A DNA stretch of 64,000 bases. It comes from Candidatus Sulfomarinibacteraceae bacterium (GTDB taxonomy: Bacteria > Acidobacteriota > Thermoanaerobaculia > Thermoanaerobaculales > Sulfomarinibacteraceae). Location: contig CAWCLO010000010.1 in NCBI GenBank assembly GCA_963796455.1, forward strand, positions 448,001 through 512,000, written 5' to 3'. The notes under the pieces were generated by a model. That model was not told the DNA's origin. It did not search any database and saw only the letters and a list, made by a program, of their open reading frames with translations. Numbering within the stretch: the first letter of the stretch is position 1; the number at the start of each line of letters is the position of its first letter. The position numbers and the translations under genes were made by a program. Shown piece by piece: positions 43,436 to 52,821 of this stretch.

Positions 43436-46400
43436 CTACCTTGTGCCTTGGAACGGTACTCGGATCGCAACCCACACCCGTACTTTGACACCGTTCTTGG
43501 TCGCCGGCTTGTAGCGCCACTTCATGATCGCAGTCTCAGTCGCGTCTTCAAATCCGACGCCCTTGCGCGAAACACTGATTATACGCACCTCTTCGACCGC
43601 GCCGTCGATTCCGACCAGTGCCTTGGCCTCGACCACGCCCCCGACCTTCATTCTCGATGCAACGGCGGGGTATTCCGGTGCCTCCCGTTGCACGATGACC
43701 GGCGGGCTCACACCAGGACCGGCCGCGACGATGTCTCCCTCGCGTACCGAGGGTGTTGCGGTCGGTCGGATCGGCGTCATCGTTGGCGGCATCGGGGTCC
43801 GGGTCGGCGGCACCGGGGTGGAGGTGGGGGTCGGCTCGGGAGTCGCGGTCTCGGTGGGCGTCGGGGTCGGAGGTATGGGGGTCGGGGTCGGGAACTCCGC
43901 TTCGAGCCGTTGCCGAAGATCCTCTTCCTGGCGATCGATCTCCGCCGCCGCGACCTGTCGCGCCCGCTCCAACATTTCATCCTCTGACATCAGTCCGACT
44001 GTTGGCACCGGAGTCGGCGTTTCGGTCGCCGCAACCGCGGCCGGTTCAAGCAGTACGTTTTCCGGGGGCGCTGCCTTGCGCCCAGTCATGTACCACCATC
44101 CCGCGACCGCAAGCGCGGCGATCAGGACGACGGCCAGAACCAGCCACAATATCCTCTTTGGCCCGGAGCCGCCGCTGCCGGAGCTCAAGTGCCCAGGATC
44201 GGTGCTGTCGAAATCGATGGCGGCGACCCCCGCAGGAGTTTCGCCGCTGTCGGTCAGCGCGCGTTCGAGATCGGGATCGGCCGCCTCTTCCGGACTGAAA
44301 TCAGGCACCGGAGTTTCTTCTTTTGGCGGCGCTCCCGAAATCCGATCGGAGGGACCAGCGGTTGCGGCCCTGGCGGGCGGCAGCGGTGCTGCCGGTTTCG
44401 GGACAGGGCGCGACTCGACTTCCTCTTCGCCGGCAAGCAGCCGCAAGAATCGGGCAACCGTTTCGCGATCCGGCGACCAGCCCTTGCTGCGCAATACCCG
44501 CTCGAGATCTCTCTGCAGATCCTGAGCGGATTGATACCGCTGCTCGCGGTCTGCGTTCAAGGCAAGGAAAACGATCCGATCGATATCCGCGTCCACTTCC
44601 GGGTTCTTCATTGACGGTGCGGAGATGATCGGGTCGCGAACCTGCTCGAGGACGGAGAGCTCCGAGGTGCCCTCAAATACCTTTTCACAGACCAGCATTT
44701 CATAGAGGACCAGACCAAGGGAAAAGATGTCTGAGCGATGGTCGATGTCTTTGCCCCACGCCTGCTCGGGCGACATGTACTGGAGCTTGCCTTTGAGGGC
44801 TCCGGCCCGGGTCTGGGAAGCTTTGGATGCCGCTTTCGCGATTCCGAAGTCACAGAGTTTGACATTGCCATCGAATGAAATCAGAACATTTTGCGGCGAG
44901 ACGTCCCGATGAACCAGACCGAGGTCGCGATTCTCGAAATCCTGTTTTTTATGGGCGTAGTCAAGGGCCGATGCCAGAAGCGTCGTGACATAGAGCGCGA
45001 GCTCGATCGGCATGTTCAATTTTTTTTCGCTACTATCCCGCAGAATCGTCCGGAGATCTCGGCCCTCGATGAACTCCATCGCAATGTAGTGCGATCGGTC
45101 GACCTTGCCGAGATCGTAGATGTGAATGATGTTGTCGTGATTCAGCTGGGCGGCGAGCTTCGCCTCGTCGATGAACATGCGAACGAACTCTTCACTATCG
45201 GTGAGGTTGGAGAGAATTCGTTTGATGGCTACGGTCTTCTGGAATCCTTCCATCCCCATCATCCGCGCCTTGTAAACGTCCGCCATGCCTCCAGTGGCGA
45301 TGTGATCCTCGATCACGTATTGCCCGAACTGGCTTCCCATGGGCGCTGGGATCTCGGTCTCCGGAGTGAAGCTCTTGACCTGGGGCGGTGGCGATTCCGC
45401 TGCGATCTTCTTTTCTTCAGGAGGTGTCACCTCAGGGGCGACCCTCTTCGGTTTTGGCGGCGCAACTTCGGCCGGGCGGCCGACCTTTTTCGCGACCGGC
45501 GGCACCACCTCACGCACCGGTTTGACGGGTTCGACCGGCGGCGGATCGGGAGGCGGGGGGAGTTCGGCCGGCGGCGGTTGCTGAGCCGGAGGAGCGGCGA
45601 CCTTCTTGGCCGCGGGTGGGGCGGCCGGCTTCTCGGCTTTCGGCGACGGATGAATATCGAGACCGGCGAGGGTGTCCTCGAGCAGCTTGTCGACGTCCCG
45701 TTCGGGAGCTCTTTTCTTCGGTGCCGATGCCGCTTTCGAACTCTCCAGGATATTGGCAAGCACATCGTCCACCGCGGACTGTTTTGTTGCTCCATCGGTC
45801 TTTTTCGGTTTCGGCGGATGCACCGGCGTGGGTGTCCGGAGCGGCTTGTCCTCGGGCGACGCCGTTGCCGGAGCCGCCGGTTTCTCTTTTTCTTTTGCGG
45901 GAGCTGATGGCGCCTTCGAGAACCGTGGCGGGGTCTCGTGCTCGAAAGGTTCGTCTACAGGCTTCGAAACAGGTGCTTCCTCACCACCTTCGACATCGGA
46001 GAGAATATCGCCGAACAGGTCATCCGAGGTGACCGAGCCGCCCTCGCCATCGAGACCCGCACTACGCCGCAATGCTTCGAGCATTTCCTGCGGGATGGCC
46101 TGGGTGGCGGCCGGACTCGGTGCGTTCAGAACCAGCTTCTCGACCGTTTCGCGCAGGGCGTCGGCGCCAAAGGGACGCGGCAGGATGTCCTGTGCGCCAT
46201 AACGCTCGGCATCGCCCGCCGGATCGTCGCCGGTGTAACCGGACATGAGGATCAAAAACGGTGTCTGGCGCAAACCGGCGCGGGCGCGCAGTTGGGTGAT
46301 GGCATCTTCGATCTTGAGGTTCGGCAGAACTGAGGTGATGATCGTGATCGTCGGTTCGAAGGTGGCACAACGATTGACTGCATCGTCGAGGTTCCCAGCG

Positions 46401-46492
46401 ATTTCGAGCCGGAAACCGGCGTCAGCCAGCGCCGTACGCACGTGTTCCACGTATCGCGGCTCGTATTCGACCACCAGGATATTCGCGCTCAT
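43436..46492 (-). CDS. Hybrid pseudo-receiver / Pro-rich linker / Hanks-type Ser-Thr kinase / TM / TonB C-terminal domain protein
   Basis: REC-like N-terminus (ILVVEYE..); GGMADVY, VAIKRI, HRDVSPQN, DFGIAKA and YMSPEQ kinase motifs; one TM helix; PEYPAVA..GVV..VGIDG.V...WRYKPA..NG..V TonB_C. Confidence 0.9.
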   Translation of the reverse strand: MSANILVVEYEPRYVEHVRTALADAGFRLEIAGNLDDAVNRCATFEPTITIITSVLPNLKIEDAITQLRARAGLRQTPFLILMSGYTGDDPAGDAERYGAQDILPRPFGADALRETVEKLVLNAPSPAATQAIPQEMLEALRRSAGLDGEGGSVTSDDLFGDILSDVEGGEEAPVSKPVDEPFEHETPPRFSKAPSAPAKEKEKPAAPATASPEDKPLRTPTPVHPPKPKKTDGATKQSAVDDVLANILESSKAASAPKKRAPERDVDKLLEDTLAGLDIHPSPKAEKPAAPPAAKKVAAPPAQQPPPAELPPPPDPPPVEPVKPVREVVPPVAKKVGRPAEVAPPKPKRVAPEVTPPEEKKIAAESPPPQVKSFTPETEIPAPMGSQFGQYVIEDHIATGGMADVYKARMMGMEGFQKTVAIKRILSNLTDSEEFVRMFIDEAKLAAQLNHDNIIHIYDLGKVDRSHYIAMEFIEGRDLRTILRDSSEKKLNMPIELALYVTTLLASALDYAHKKQDFENRDLGLVHRDVSPQNVLISFDGNVKLCDFGIAKAASKASQTRAGALKGKLQYMSPEQAWGKDIDHRSDIFSLGLVLYEMLVCEKVFEGTSELSVLEQVRDPIISAPSMKNPEVDADIDRIVFLALNADREQRYQSAQDLQRDLERVLRSKGWSPDRETVARFLRLLAGEEEVESRPVPKPAAPLPPARAATAGPSDRISGAPPKEETPVPDFSPEEAADPDLERALTDSGETPAGVAAIDFDSTDPGHLSSGSGGSGPKRILWLVLAVVLIAALAVAGWWYMTGRKAAPPENVLLEPAAVAATETPTPVPTVGLMSEDEMLERARQVAAAEIDRQEEDLRQRLEAEFPTPTPIPPTPTPTETATPEPTPTSTPVPPTRTPMPPTMTPIRPTATPSVREGDIVAAGPGVSPPVIVQREAPEYPAVASRMKVGGVVEAKALVGIDGAVEEVRIISVSRKGVGFEDATETAIMKWRYKPATKNGVKVRVWVAIRVPFQGTR

Positions 46493-46841
46493 GAAACCGC
46501 CCTCGGTTGCTTTATTGGCTCAATGGCTCGACCTCAGTCAATTATGTGCGACGGGTGTTCAAAGTCAACCAAAGCGCCTTTGATTTCACCACCCAGGTTA
46601 TCCCTTCCGCCTCGGAGATCGGTATACTGCCGCCGCGTCCCCGTTGGCGGTCCGTCGTGATCTGGGAGGAATGCGAGAATTCCGCCGGAATTCGTGGCGA
46701 AGGTCGTGGGGCGTCGGCAAGCTCGGAGACGACGCACCTCATCGCCCGACGGCGACCGGAGGTCGGCCGTTTCGCGGCGGCGGAGAACCGCGGTGACGGC
46801 CTGCGCGGGCAGAACCGGGGCATCGGGCAAGGGGAGACATC

Positions 46842-47591
46842 ATGTCGGGCCACAATAAATGGAGCACGATCAAACACAAGAAGGGGCGCGCGGACGCCAA
46901 ACGCGGCAAGATCTTCACCAAGCTCATTCGCGAGATCACAGTCGGCGCGCGCGAGGGCGGCGGAGATCCGGAAGGAAACCCGCGGCTTCGGGCGGCGGTG
47001 GCCGCTGCCAAGGCCGCCAACATGCCGGCTGACAATATCAAAAGAGCCATTCAGCGCGGCACCGGCGAACTCCCCGGAGTGACCTATGAGGAGGTCAGTT
47101 TCGAAGGTTATGGGCCGGGCGGCGTGGCGGTCATGCTGGAGCTGTTGACCGACAACCGGAATCGAACCACTCCCGAGATTCGGCATCTTTTTTCGCGTTT
47201 TGGCGGCAACCTCGGTGAGAACGGGTGCGTGGCGTGGCTCTTTACCAAAAAGGGGCTGATTCTGGTCCCCCGTTCGTCCGACGCCGACGAGGACGTGGTG
47301 CTCGAACTCGCTCTCGAGGCCGGCGCCGAGGATTTGAACACCGAGGATGAAGACTATTTCCGAATCACGACCTCGCCCGATGAGCTCCACCAGGTCAAGG
47401 AAGGGCTCGAGTCGGGTGGGCTGACCGTGGAGGCGGCGCAAATGGAAATGGAACCATCGAGCACGACCCGGCTCGAAGGCAAGAAGGCGCAACAAATGAT
47501 CCGTCTGATGGATGCATTCGATGATCACGATGATGTCCAGAATGTATGGGCGAATTTCGACATCGATGACGATCTGCTCAACGCGGACTGA
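46842..47591 (+). CDS. yebC: YebC/PmpR family protein
   Basis: [41 protein letters not shown]. Confidence 0.96.
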   Translation: MSGHNKWSTIKHKKGRADAKRGKIFTKLIREITVGAREGGGDPEGNPRLRAAVAAAKAANMPADNIKRAIQRGTGELPGVTYEEVSFEGYGPGGVAVMLELLTDNRNRTTPEIRHLFSRFGGNLGENGCVAWLFTKKGLILVPRSSDADEDVVLELALEAGAEDLNTEDEDYFRITTSPDELHQVKEGLESGGLTVEAAQMEMEPSSTTRLEGKKAQQMIRLMDAFDDHDDVQNVWANFDIDDDLLNAD

Positions 47592-47606
47592 AAAAGTCTT
47601 CCGGTC

Positions 47607-48095
47607 ATGACGACCCGTATCCTCGGCATCGACCCGGGGTCTCGCGCGACCGGTTGGGCCCTGGTGATTCGCGACGGCAATCGTTACCGACTCGAATCTT
47701 CTGGAGTGATCCGACCGAGCGCCAAAAAGGGTCGCAGTTTTCTGCTCGCCGACCTCCATCACAAGCTGTCCGTGCTATTGGAAGAGCTCGCTCCGGACTG
47801 TGCCGCGGTGGAATCATCCTTTTCGGGGCGCAACCCGAAAACCGGGATCGCCCTGGCCGAGAGCCGGGGAGCGATTCTGGCCGGCCTGGGCCATCGGGAC
47901 ATCGAGGTCCACTCCTACTCTCCCGCCCAGGTCAAATCCGCCGTTGTCGGTCATGGAAGGGCCGAAAAACAACAGATCATCTATATGGTGGTCAGGCTTT
48001 TGAGCCTGTCGGAATCGCCGCCATCGGATGCCGCCGACGCGATGGCTGTGGCGATCACTCACCTCCACCTCTGCGGGCCGCAAAAACCTCGTTGA
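47607..48095 (+). CDS. ruvC: Holliday junction resolvase RuvC
   Basis: ILGIDPG, AVE, YSPAQVK..V.G.G.A.K.Q, DAADAMAVAITH. Confidence 0.95.
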   Translation: MTTRILGIDPGSRATGWALVIRDGNRYRLESSGVIRPSAKKGRSFLLADLHHKLSVLLEELAPDCAAVESSFSGRNPKTGIALAESRGAILAGLGHRDIEVHSYSPAQVKSAVVGHGRAEKQQIIYMVVRLLSLSESPPSDAADAMAVAITHLHLCGPQKPR

Positions 48096-48120
48096 CGACC
48101 CAAATGCCACATGCTACGAT
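48092..48120 (+). promoter_or_regulatory. Sigma70-type promoter of the exbB-exbD-exbD-tonB operon
   Basis: TTGACG (48092-97), 17 nt, TACGAT (48115-20), with an extended TGn. Confidence 0.7.
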
Positions 48121-48274
48121 GCCCTGCCTTCATTCCCGACTGAGGTAATGTAAGGGTCGATTGGTCGGCGGGGGTCGAATTCCTCAGCCAGCCATGCGAT
48201 AAACGACAAAGGAAAACCGGATGGGTGTGGAACTCACCCCCGCCAGAGGACTCTAAATACGAGGAGGCAATGCC

Positions 48275-48934
48275 GTGACTGGACAAGTAGCAGATTATTT
48301 TCGCCAGGGTGGGATGTTCATGTGGCCGCTACTCTTTTTCTCGGTGCTGGCTGCCACCGTGGCCATCGAAAGATTTATCGTTTTTTCAAAAGCGAAGATC
48401 AACGTCGGTGATTTTCTGACCAAGATCCGCAAGGCGTTGCTTGTCAATCGCAACGTCAAGGAAGCGATCAAGGTCTGCGAGCAGAACAAGAGCCCCGTCG
48501 CCTCGGTGATGAAGGCCGGACTTCTGCGCTACGGTCACTCCCGCGAGGACATCGAGAAGACCATCGAAAACGCCGCTCTTTATGAGTTGGATCGCCTCGA
48601 GAAACGCCTCGGCGTTCTCGCGACGACCGCCAACGTCGCACCGATGCTCGGGTTCCTCGGTACGGTTGCCGGAATGATCAAATCATTCGCAACCCTCGCC
48701 GAGCAGGGTCTCACCAATCCCGCCGCGGTTGCGGTTGGTATTTCCGAGGCGCTGATTACAACCGCTGCCGGTCTTATCATCGCGATTCCCGCACAGCTGA
48801 TCTACAACTGGTATTCCACCAAGATCACCCGCTTCGTGCGCGACATCGAGACTGCCTCCAACATGCTGGTCGAAACCTTCACTGAGATGGACAGCCAGCG
48901 TTACGGTCAGGGAGGCGAAGGCCAACAGGCTTAG
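48275..48934 (+). CDS. exbB: MotA/TolQ/ExbB proton channel protein
   Basis: GGMFMWPL, APMLGFLGTV.GMI..F, GISEALITTAAGL.IAIP. Confidence 0.9.
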   Translation: MTGQVADYFRQGGMFMWPLLFFSVLAATVAIERFIVFSKAKINVGDFLTKIRKALLVNRNVKEAIKVCEQNKSPVASVMKAGLLRYGHSREDIEKTIENAALYELDRLEKRLGVLATTANVAPMLGFLGTVAGMIKSFATLAEQGLTNPAAVAVGISEALITTAAGLIIAIPAQLIYNWYSTKITRFVRDIETASNMLVETFTEMDSQRYGQGGEGQQA

Positions 48935-48948
48935 AAGGGAGTCCGCAA

Positions 48949-49395
48949 ATGGCGATCTTCCGCGATAGAGACCGCAAAGGCGGGGCGGCGATCTTCACGG
49001 CCTCAATGGCGGACATCGTGTTCCTGCTCATTGTGTTCTTCGTGCTGACCTACAAGGTCGAGGTCGACAAGACCAAGATGGATCTCCCGGACACCTGGAT
49101 TCGGGTCAAGGTGCCCGAAAAGGCGGCCGTGATCTCGATCTCGCCGCCCGACGCCAACCCACCGTTGACCATTCGTGTGTCAACCGGTGAGGAGATGTCC
49201 CTGCCGGTCAGCACCGACGAGGAGATTGTGACCTTCGCTTCCACCGAGGTGGCGCGGAACCCGAACAAGGAATTCATCGTCAAGGCGGACGATCAGGTTC
49301 CTTATGAACGGGTTGACGCCGTGCTCGACGCTCTGAAGCAATCGAAGGTCAAGTACATCTTTCTATTGTCCGAACAGATGACCCGAGACGAGTAA
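48949..49395 (+). CDS. exbD: ExbD/TolR family protein (copy 1)
   Basis: SMADIVFLLIVFF TM helix with the conserved Asp; IVKAD..VPYE.V..V.D. Confidence 0.88.
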   Translation: MAIFRDRDRKGGAAIFTASMADIVFLLIVFFVLTYKVEVDKTKMDLPDTWIRVKVPEKAAVISISPPDANPPLTIRVSTGEEMSLPVSTDEEIVTFASTEVARNPNKEFIVKADDQVPYERVDAVLDALKQSKVKYIFLLSEQMTRDE

Positions 49396-49406
49396 CGGGA
49401 GCCACT

Positions 49407-49856
49407 ATGAAGATCAAAAAGAAAGACATCCAGAGCGAGATCTTCACCGGCTCGATGGCGGATATCTCATTTCTGCTCATTATCTACTTCATGATCACCT
49501 CGGCGTTCTCGGCCACGCGAGGGCTCGATTTCTCTCTTCCCGAGGACACCCAGACGCCGGAGATCAAACAAGAGGACTCGATCGACGTCCACGTTCTCGC
49601 CGGAGGTGCGATCGAAGTTGATGGCAACGGGGTGGCTCTTGAGGGGCTGCTGCCGTATGTCGCTGCCAAACTCAAACAGAACGACGAGAAACCGGTCATC
49701 CTGCGCACCGATCCAGAGGCAACCTATGGCGATATGATTCGGGTCTTTGACGAGCTTCGTCAGGCGCCCGACAAGATTGATATGGAAATCAAGACGATTT
49801 CGATACCGACCCGACGAGAGATTGAAAATCTGTGGTCAATGCTCGGAATACAGTGA
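49407..49856 (+). CDS. exbD: ExbD/TolR family protein (copy 2)
   Basis: SMADISFLLIIYFMIT TM helix with the conserved Asp; VILRTD..ATYG.MI.V.D. Confidence 0.88.
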   Translation: MKIKKKDIQSEIFTGSMADISFLLIIYFMITSAFSATRGLDFSLPEDTQTPEIKQEDSIDVHVLAGGAIEVDGNGVALEGLLPYVAAKLKQNDEKPVILRTDPEATYGDMIRVFDELRQAPDKIDMEIKTISIPTRREIENLWSMLGIQ

Positions 49857-49867
49857 AGGGGGGAGCT

Positions 49868-50599
49868 ATGAGCGATTCTCCGAAAACCCCAGACAAGAAA
49901 ACGGATCCGAAGAAGGATCAGATTCCGATGACCACCGCCGAGATGCTGGCTGCGGAGGCCGGCCAGGACACCAAGGTGACCCGGTGGGCGATGGGAATCG
50001 CGGTCATCTTCCACATCGTGATCTTTGCCATGCAATGGCCGTCCTTTGCCGGTGGCCTGTCTGACGCCAAAGAAAAGAAAACCAAGATCTATGTCGTCAA
50101 GCAGGTGAAGTTCAAACAGCCGCCGCCACCGCAGCAGCAGCAGATCGTCAAACCGAAGACGCAGAAGGTCCCGATCCCCGATCCGACGCCCGATGAGCCC
50201 GAGCCGATCCGTGACGAGGAACCGGATGAGGACATCGACTTCGTGCCGGATGAGAATCTGGTCCTGGGCGTTCCTGATGCTCCGCCGCCGCCCGAACCTG
50301 AAGGGCCGGTGCGTTTCGTCATCGGCGGTAACATCACCGAACCCGTCAAGGTCAGCGGCCCGAATCCGGTCTATCCCGAAGCCGCACGTCGAGCCCGTAT
50401 CCAGGGTGTCGTCGTGCTCGAGTGCACGATCGGCAAGGATGGGCGGGTCCAGAACGTCAAGGTCCTGCGCGGTCTACCTCTCGGTCTGACTGAAACGGCA
50501 GTCGACGCGGTCAACAAGTGGCAGTTCCAACCGTCAACTCTGAACGGGAAACCGGTGGAGGTCCTTTATATTCTGACCGTGCGGTTCAACCTGCAGTAG
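49868..50599 (+). CDS. tonB: Energy transducer TonB
   Basis: TM helix with His (AVIFH), Pro-rich linker, PVYPEAARRARIQGVV...WQFQP..NGKPV. Confidence 0.9.
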   Translation: MSDSPKTPDKKTDPKKDQIPMTTAEMLAAEAGQDTKVTRWAMGIAVIFHIVIFAMQWPSFAGGLSDAKEKKTKIYVVKQVKFKQPPPPQQQQIVKPKTQKVPIPDPTPDEPEPIRDEEPDEDIDFVPDENLVLGVPDAPPPPEPEGPVRFVIGGNITEPVKVSGPNPVYPEAARRARIQGVVVLECTIGKDGRVQNVKVLRGLPLGLTETAVDAVNKWQFQPSTLNGKPVEVLYILTVRFNLQ

Positions 50600-50609
50600 T
50601 TACGCCGCT

Positions 50610-51449
50610 ATGGCCCTGCAAGGATCCTTGAGCGAGCTACCTCTGCCGGACGTGATCCAGCTGGTCAGCGTATCGGGCAAGACTGGTGCCTTCGATATTC
50701 AGGGAGAAATCCAAAAGGGTAAGATCTTCCTCCGTGACGGCCAGATCGTCGACGCGTCGGTTGGTCGTTTGCGAGGCGACAGCGCAGTGTACGAAATGGC
50801 CATCTGGTCGGAAGGCACCTTCAGCTTCAACGCCGGCGAAGAGACCGACAAAGTCACGGTTCACCTATCGAATGCCTCGTTGATGATGGAGGCCGCACGG
50901 CGACTCGATGAGTGGCGGGTGCTCAGCCGCAAGATCCCCTCGCTCGACCTCGTGCCCTACTTCACGCCTCACGATCATGGAGCAGACCAGGTCACGCTCA
51001 GTCCCCAGGAGTGGATCCTCGTGACTCGCGTCGACGGACGGCTGTCGATCGAGGACATTGCACGCGAACTCAAGTGGGCACCATTCGATGTCTCCAAGCT
51101 GCTCTTCGGAATGATCACCACCGGATTGGTGGCCCTCGGCAAACCGGGTGAGAAGGAGCGAGAGGCAACTCGGTGGCAAGCCGGCCCGAGCCCGGTGACC
51201 CTGCTCGCGCTCGCTGAGAAAATTCGCTCGGTCGCCCTCAATGTTGTCGGCTCGGGGGGTGAACGAACGATCGAAAAACAGTACACTTCAGCGCGGACCC
51301 TCATCGAGAAGGGTGAGGGCTTCCACGTTTTGAGAGATATGGTGCAACAACACACCAAGGCCATTTCGCTGCTCAAGGGCTCTGATACTGCCGCCATGTT
51401 TGACGAACAGGTCCGCCCGCTACTCGGCGAAGTGCAACAAAGTGAATGA
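50610..51449 (+). CDS. DUF4388 (PATAN-like) domain protein
   Basis: MALQGSLSELPLPDVIQLV...KTG...GKIF.RDG.IVDA, W.EGTF.F, LMMEAARRLDEW. Confidence 0.85.
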   Translation: MALQGSLSELPLPDVIQLVSVSGKTGAFDIQGEIQKGKIFLRDGQIVDASVGRLRGDSAVYEMAIWSEGTFSFNAGEETDKVTVHLSNASLMMEAARRLDEWRVLSRKIPSLDLVPYFTPHDHGADQVTLSPQEWILVTRVDGRLSIEDIARELKWAPFDVSKLLFGMITTGLVALGKPGEKEREATRWQAGPSPVTLLALAEKIRSVALNVVGSGGERTIEKQYTSARTLIEKGEGFHVLRDMVQQHTKAISLLKGSDTAAMFDEQVRPLLGEVQQSE

Positions 51450-51480
51450 GAATTGCGTTATCACTAATGGAGGCAAGAAA

Positions 51481-52710
51481 ATGAAACCGAGGGTCAACCG
51501 AGGGACAATCGCCGTTGCGGCCATCATGCTGATCTTGGCGGCGGCGACACTACACGCTGAGTGGAACAAGGGTCTCGAGGCCTACAAGGCTAAAGACTGG
51601 ACAACCGCGGTCACCGAGTTTGAGGAGGTCACCAAGACCAATCCGGACTACGCCGGCGGTTATTACATGCTCGGTGTGTCGCAGCGAGCCCTCGGTCAGC
51701 TGAGTCCGGCCATTTCCAGCCTGCGCAAGGCCGTCGAACTCGATGGCGCCCAGGCTTCGTACAAAATCGCTCTTGCCCAGGCGTTGTTACAGGCAAAACA
51801 GTACCAAAATGCGTACCAGGTGTTGAAGCCGCTCGATCTGGCCTCGGTGGAAGCGTCGCACCGCACGAATTACGCTCTGCTTTTCGCACAATCCGCCACC
51901 AAGACCAACCGCGCTGGCGAAGCAGTCACCGTCCTGACGGCACAGGTACGTGCCGACGGCCAGAACGCTCGCCTGCAACAGGCACTCGGTGGCGCCTACA
52001 ACGAACTGAACGACGAGCCAAAGGCATTTGCCGCCTATAAAAAGGCCTTCGAACTCAACCCCAAAGACGCGACCAGCGGCCGCAACGCCGTCCGCGCGGG
52101 GATCTCGGTTGCCCGTCGCGCGTCGTCGGATCAACAAAAGGGGAGCTTCTACTCCCAGTCAGCTGCGGTTGCCGAAAAACTCGCCGCAAACTCTCCTACC
52201 TTTGATCATTATCTCCTCGCCGGTGAAGCTTGGCTCGGCGCGAAACAGTATGACAAGGCGCTCCAGTGGTTTGACAAAGCCCGCGGCAAGCAACCCAATA
52301 ACGCTCTCGTCTACTACTACAGCGCCCAGAGCAAGACCTCATTGAACCAACTCAATCCGGCAATCGCCGACCTGCAACAGGCGCTCAAGATCGGTGCTTC
52401 GGGCAAGCTCCGGCAGCAGATTTACAATCAGGGCGGCTATATCTACGACAAGAAGAAGGACTACGCCAACGCCATCCAGTGGTACCAGGAGGCCGGCAAC
52501 TCGGGCAAGGTCGCCGAAATGGGCCGCAAGGGGGACGCTGCCGAGCAAAACGCCCAGGTCGGCAAAGAGTGTGCCGAATTCAAACGCAAGATCGACGCGT
52601 TGCAAATGCAGGTTTCAGAGCTCGAGAAGCTCGGCGACCTCGACAACGCCAAGCTCCTGCAAGAGCAACTGCCCGGTCTCGAGAAGTTTTATAACGAAAA
52701 CTGTCGCTGA
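51481..52710 (+). CDS. Exported tetratricopeptide repeat protein
   Basis: Signal peptide (LHA-EW); multiple TPR units (YYMLG..LG..A...LRKAVELD). Confidence 0.85.
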   Translation: MKPRVNRGTIAVAAIMLILAAATLHAEWNKGLEAYKAKDWTTAVTEFEEVTKTNPDYAGGYYMLGVSQRALGQLSPAISSLRKAVELDGAQASYKIALAQALLQAKQYQNAYQVLKPLDLASVEASHRTNYALLFAQSATKTNRAGEAVTVLTAQVRADGQNARLQQALGGAYNELNDEPKAFAAYKKAFELNPKDATSGRNAVRAGISVARRASSDQQKGSFYSQSAAVAEKLAANSPTFDHYLLAGEAWLGAKQYDKALQWFDKARGKQPNNALVYYYSAQSKTSLNQLNPAIADLQQALKIGASGKLRQQIYNQGGYIYDKKKDYANAIQWYQEAGNSGKVAEMGRKGDAAEQNAQVGKECAEFKRKIDALQMQVSELEKLGDLDNAKLLQEQLPGLEKFYNENCR

Positions 52711-52731
52711 AGATCTCCTGCTCACATATTC

Positions 52732-52760
52732 AGCGCGGCCTTCGGGCCGCGCTTTTCTTT
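52732..52760 (+). terminator. Intrinsic terminator
   Basis: AGCGCGGCC-TTCG-GGCCGCGCT-TTTCTTT. Confidence 0.85.
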
Positions 52761-52821
52761 GTCCGAAATCTCAAAATTTCGGCGCGCTCCAATTGTGGTC
52801 GGCTCCGTCGATGAGAACGCG

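Noticed and set aside
46671..46796. 41-aa ORF (MREFRRNSW...) upstream of yebC
   Set aside because: GGAGG is only 1 nt from the ATG and the peptide has no recognisable features; RNA structure explains the region better.
46542..47762. Long antisense or alternate-frame ORFs (also 23034-24086, 43524-44525, 44891-45907, 15535-16431)
   Set aside because: They shadow well-supported genes on the opposite strand, as expected in high-GC DNA, and show no motifs.
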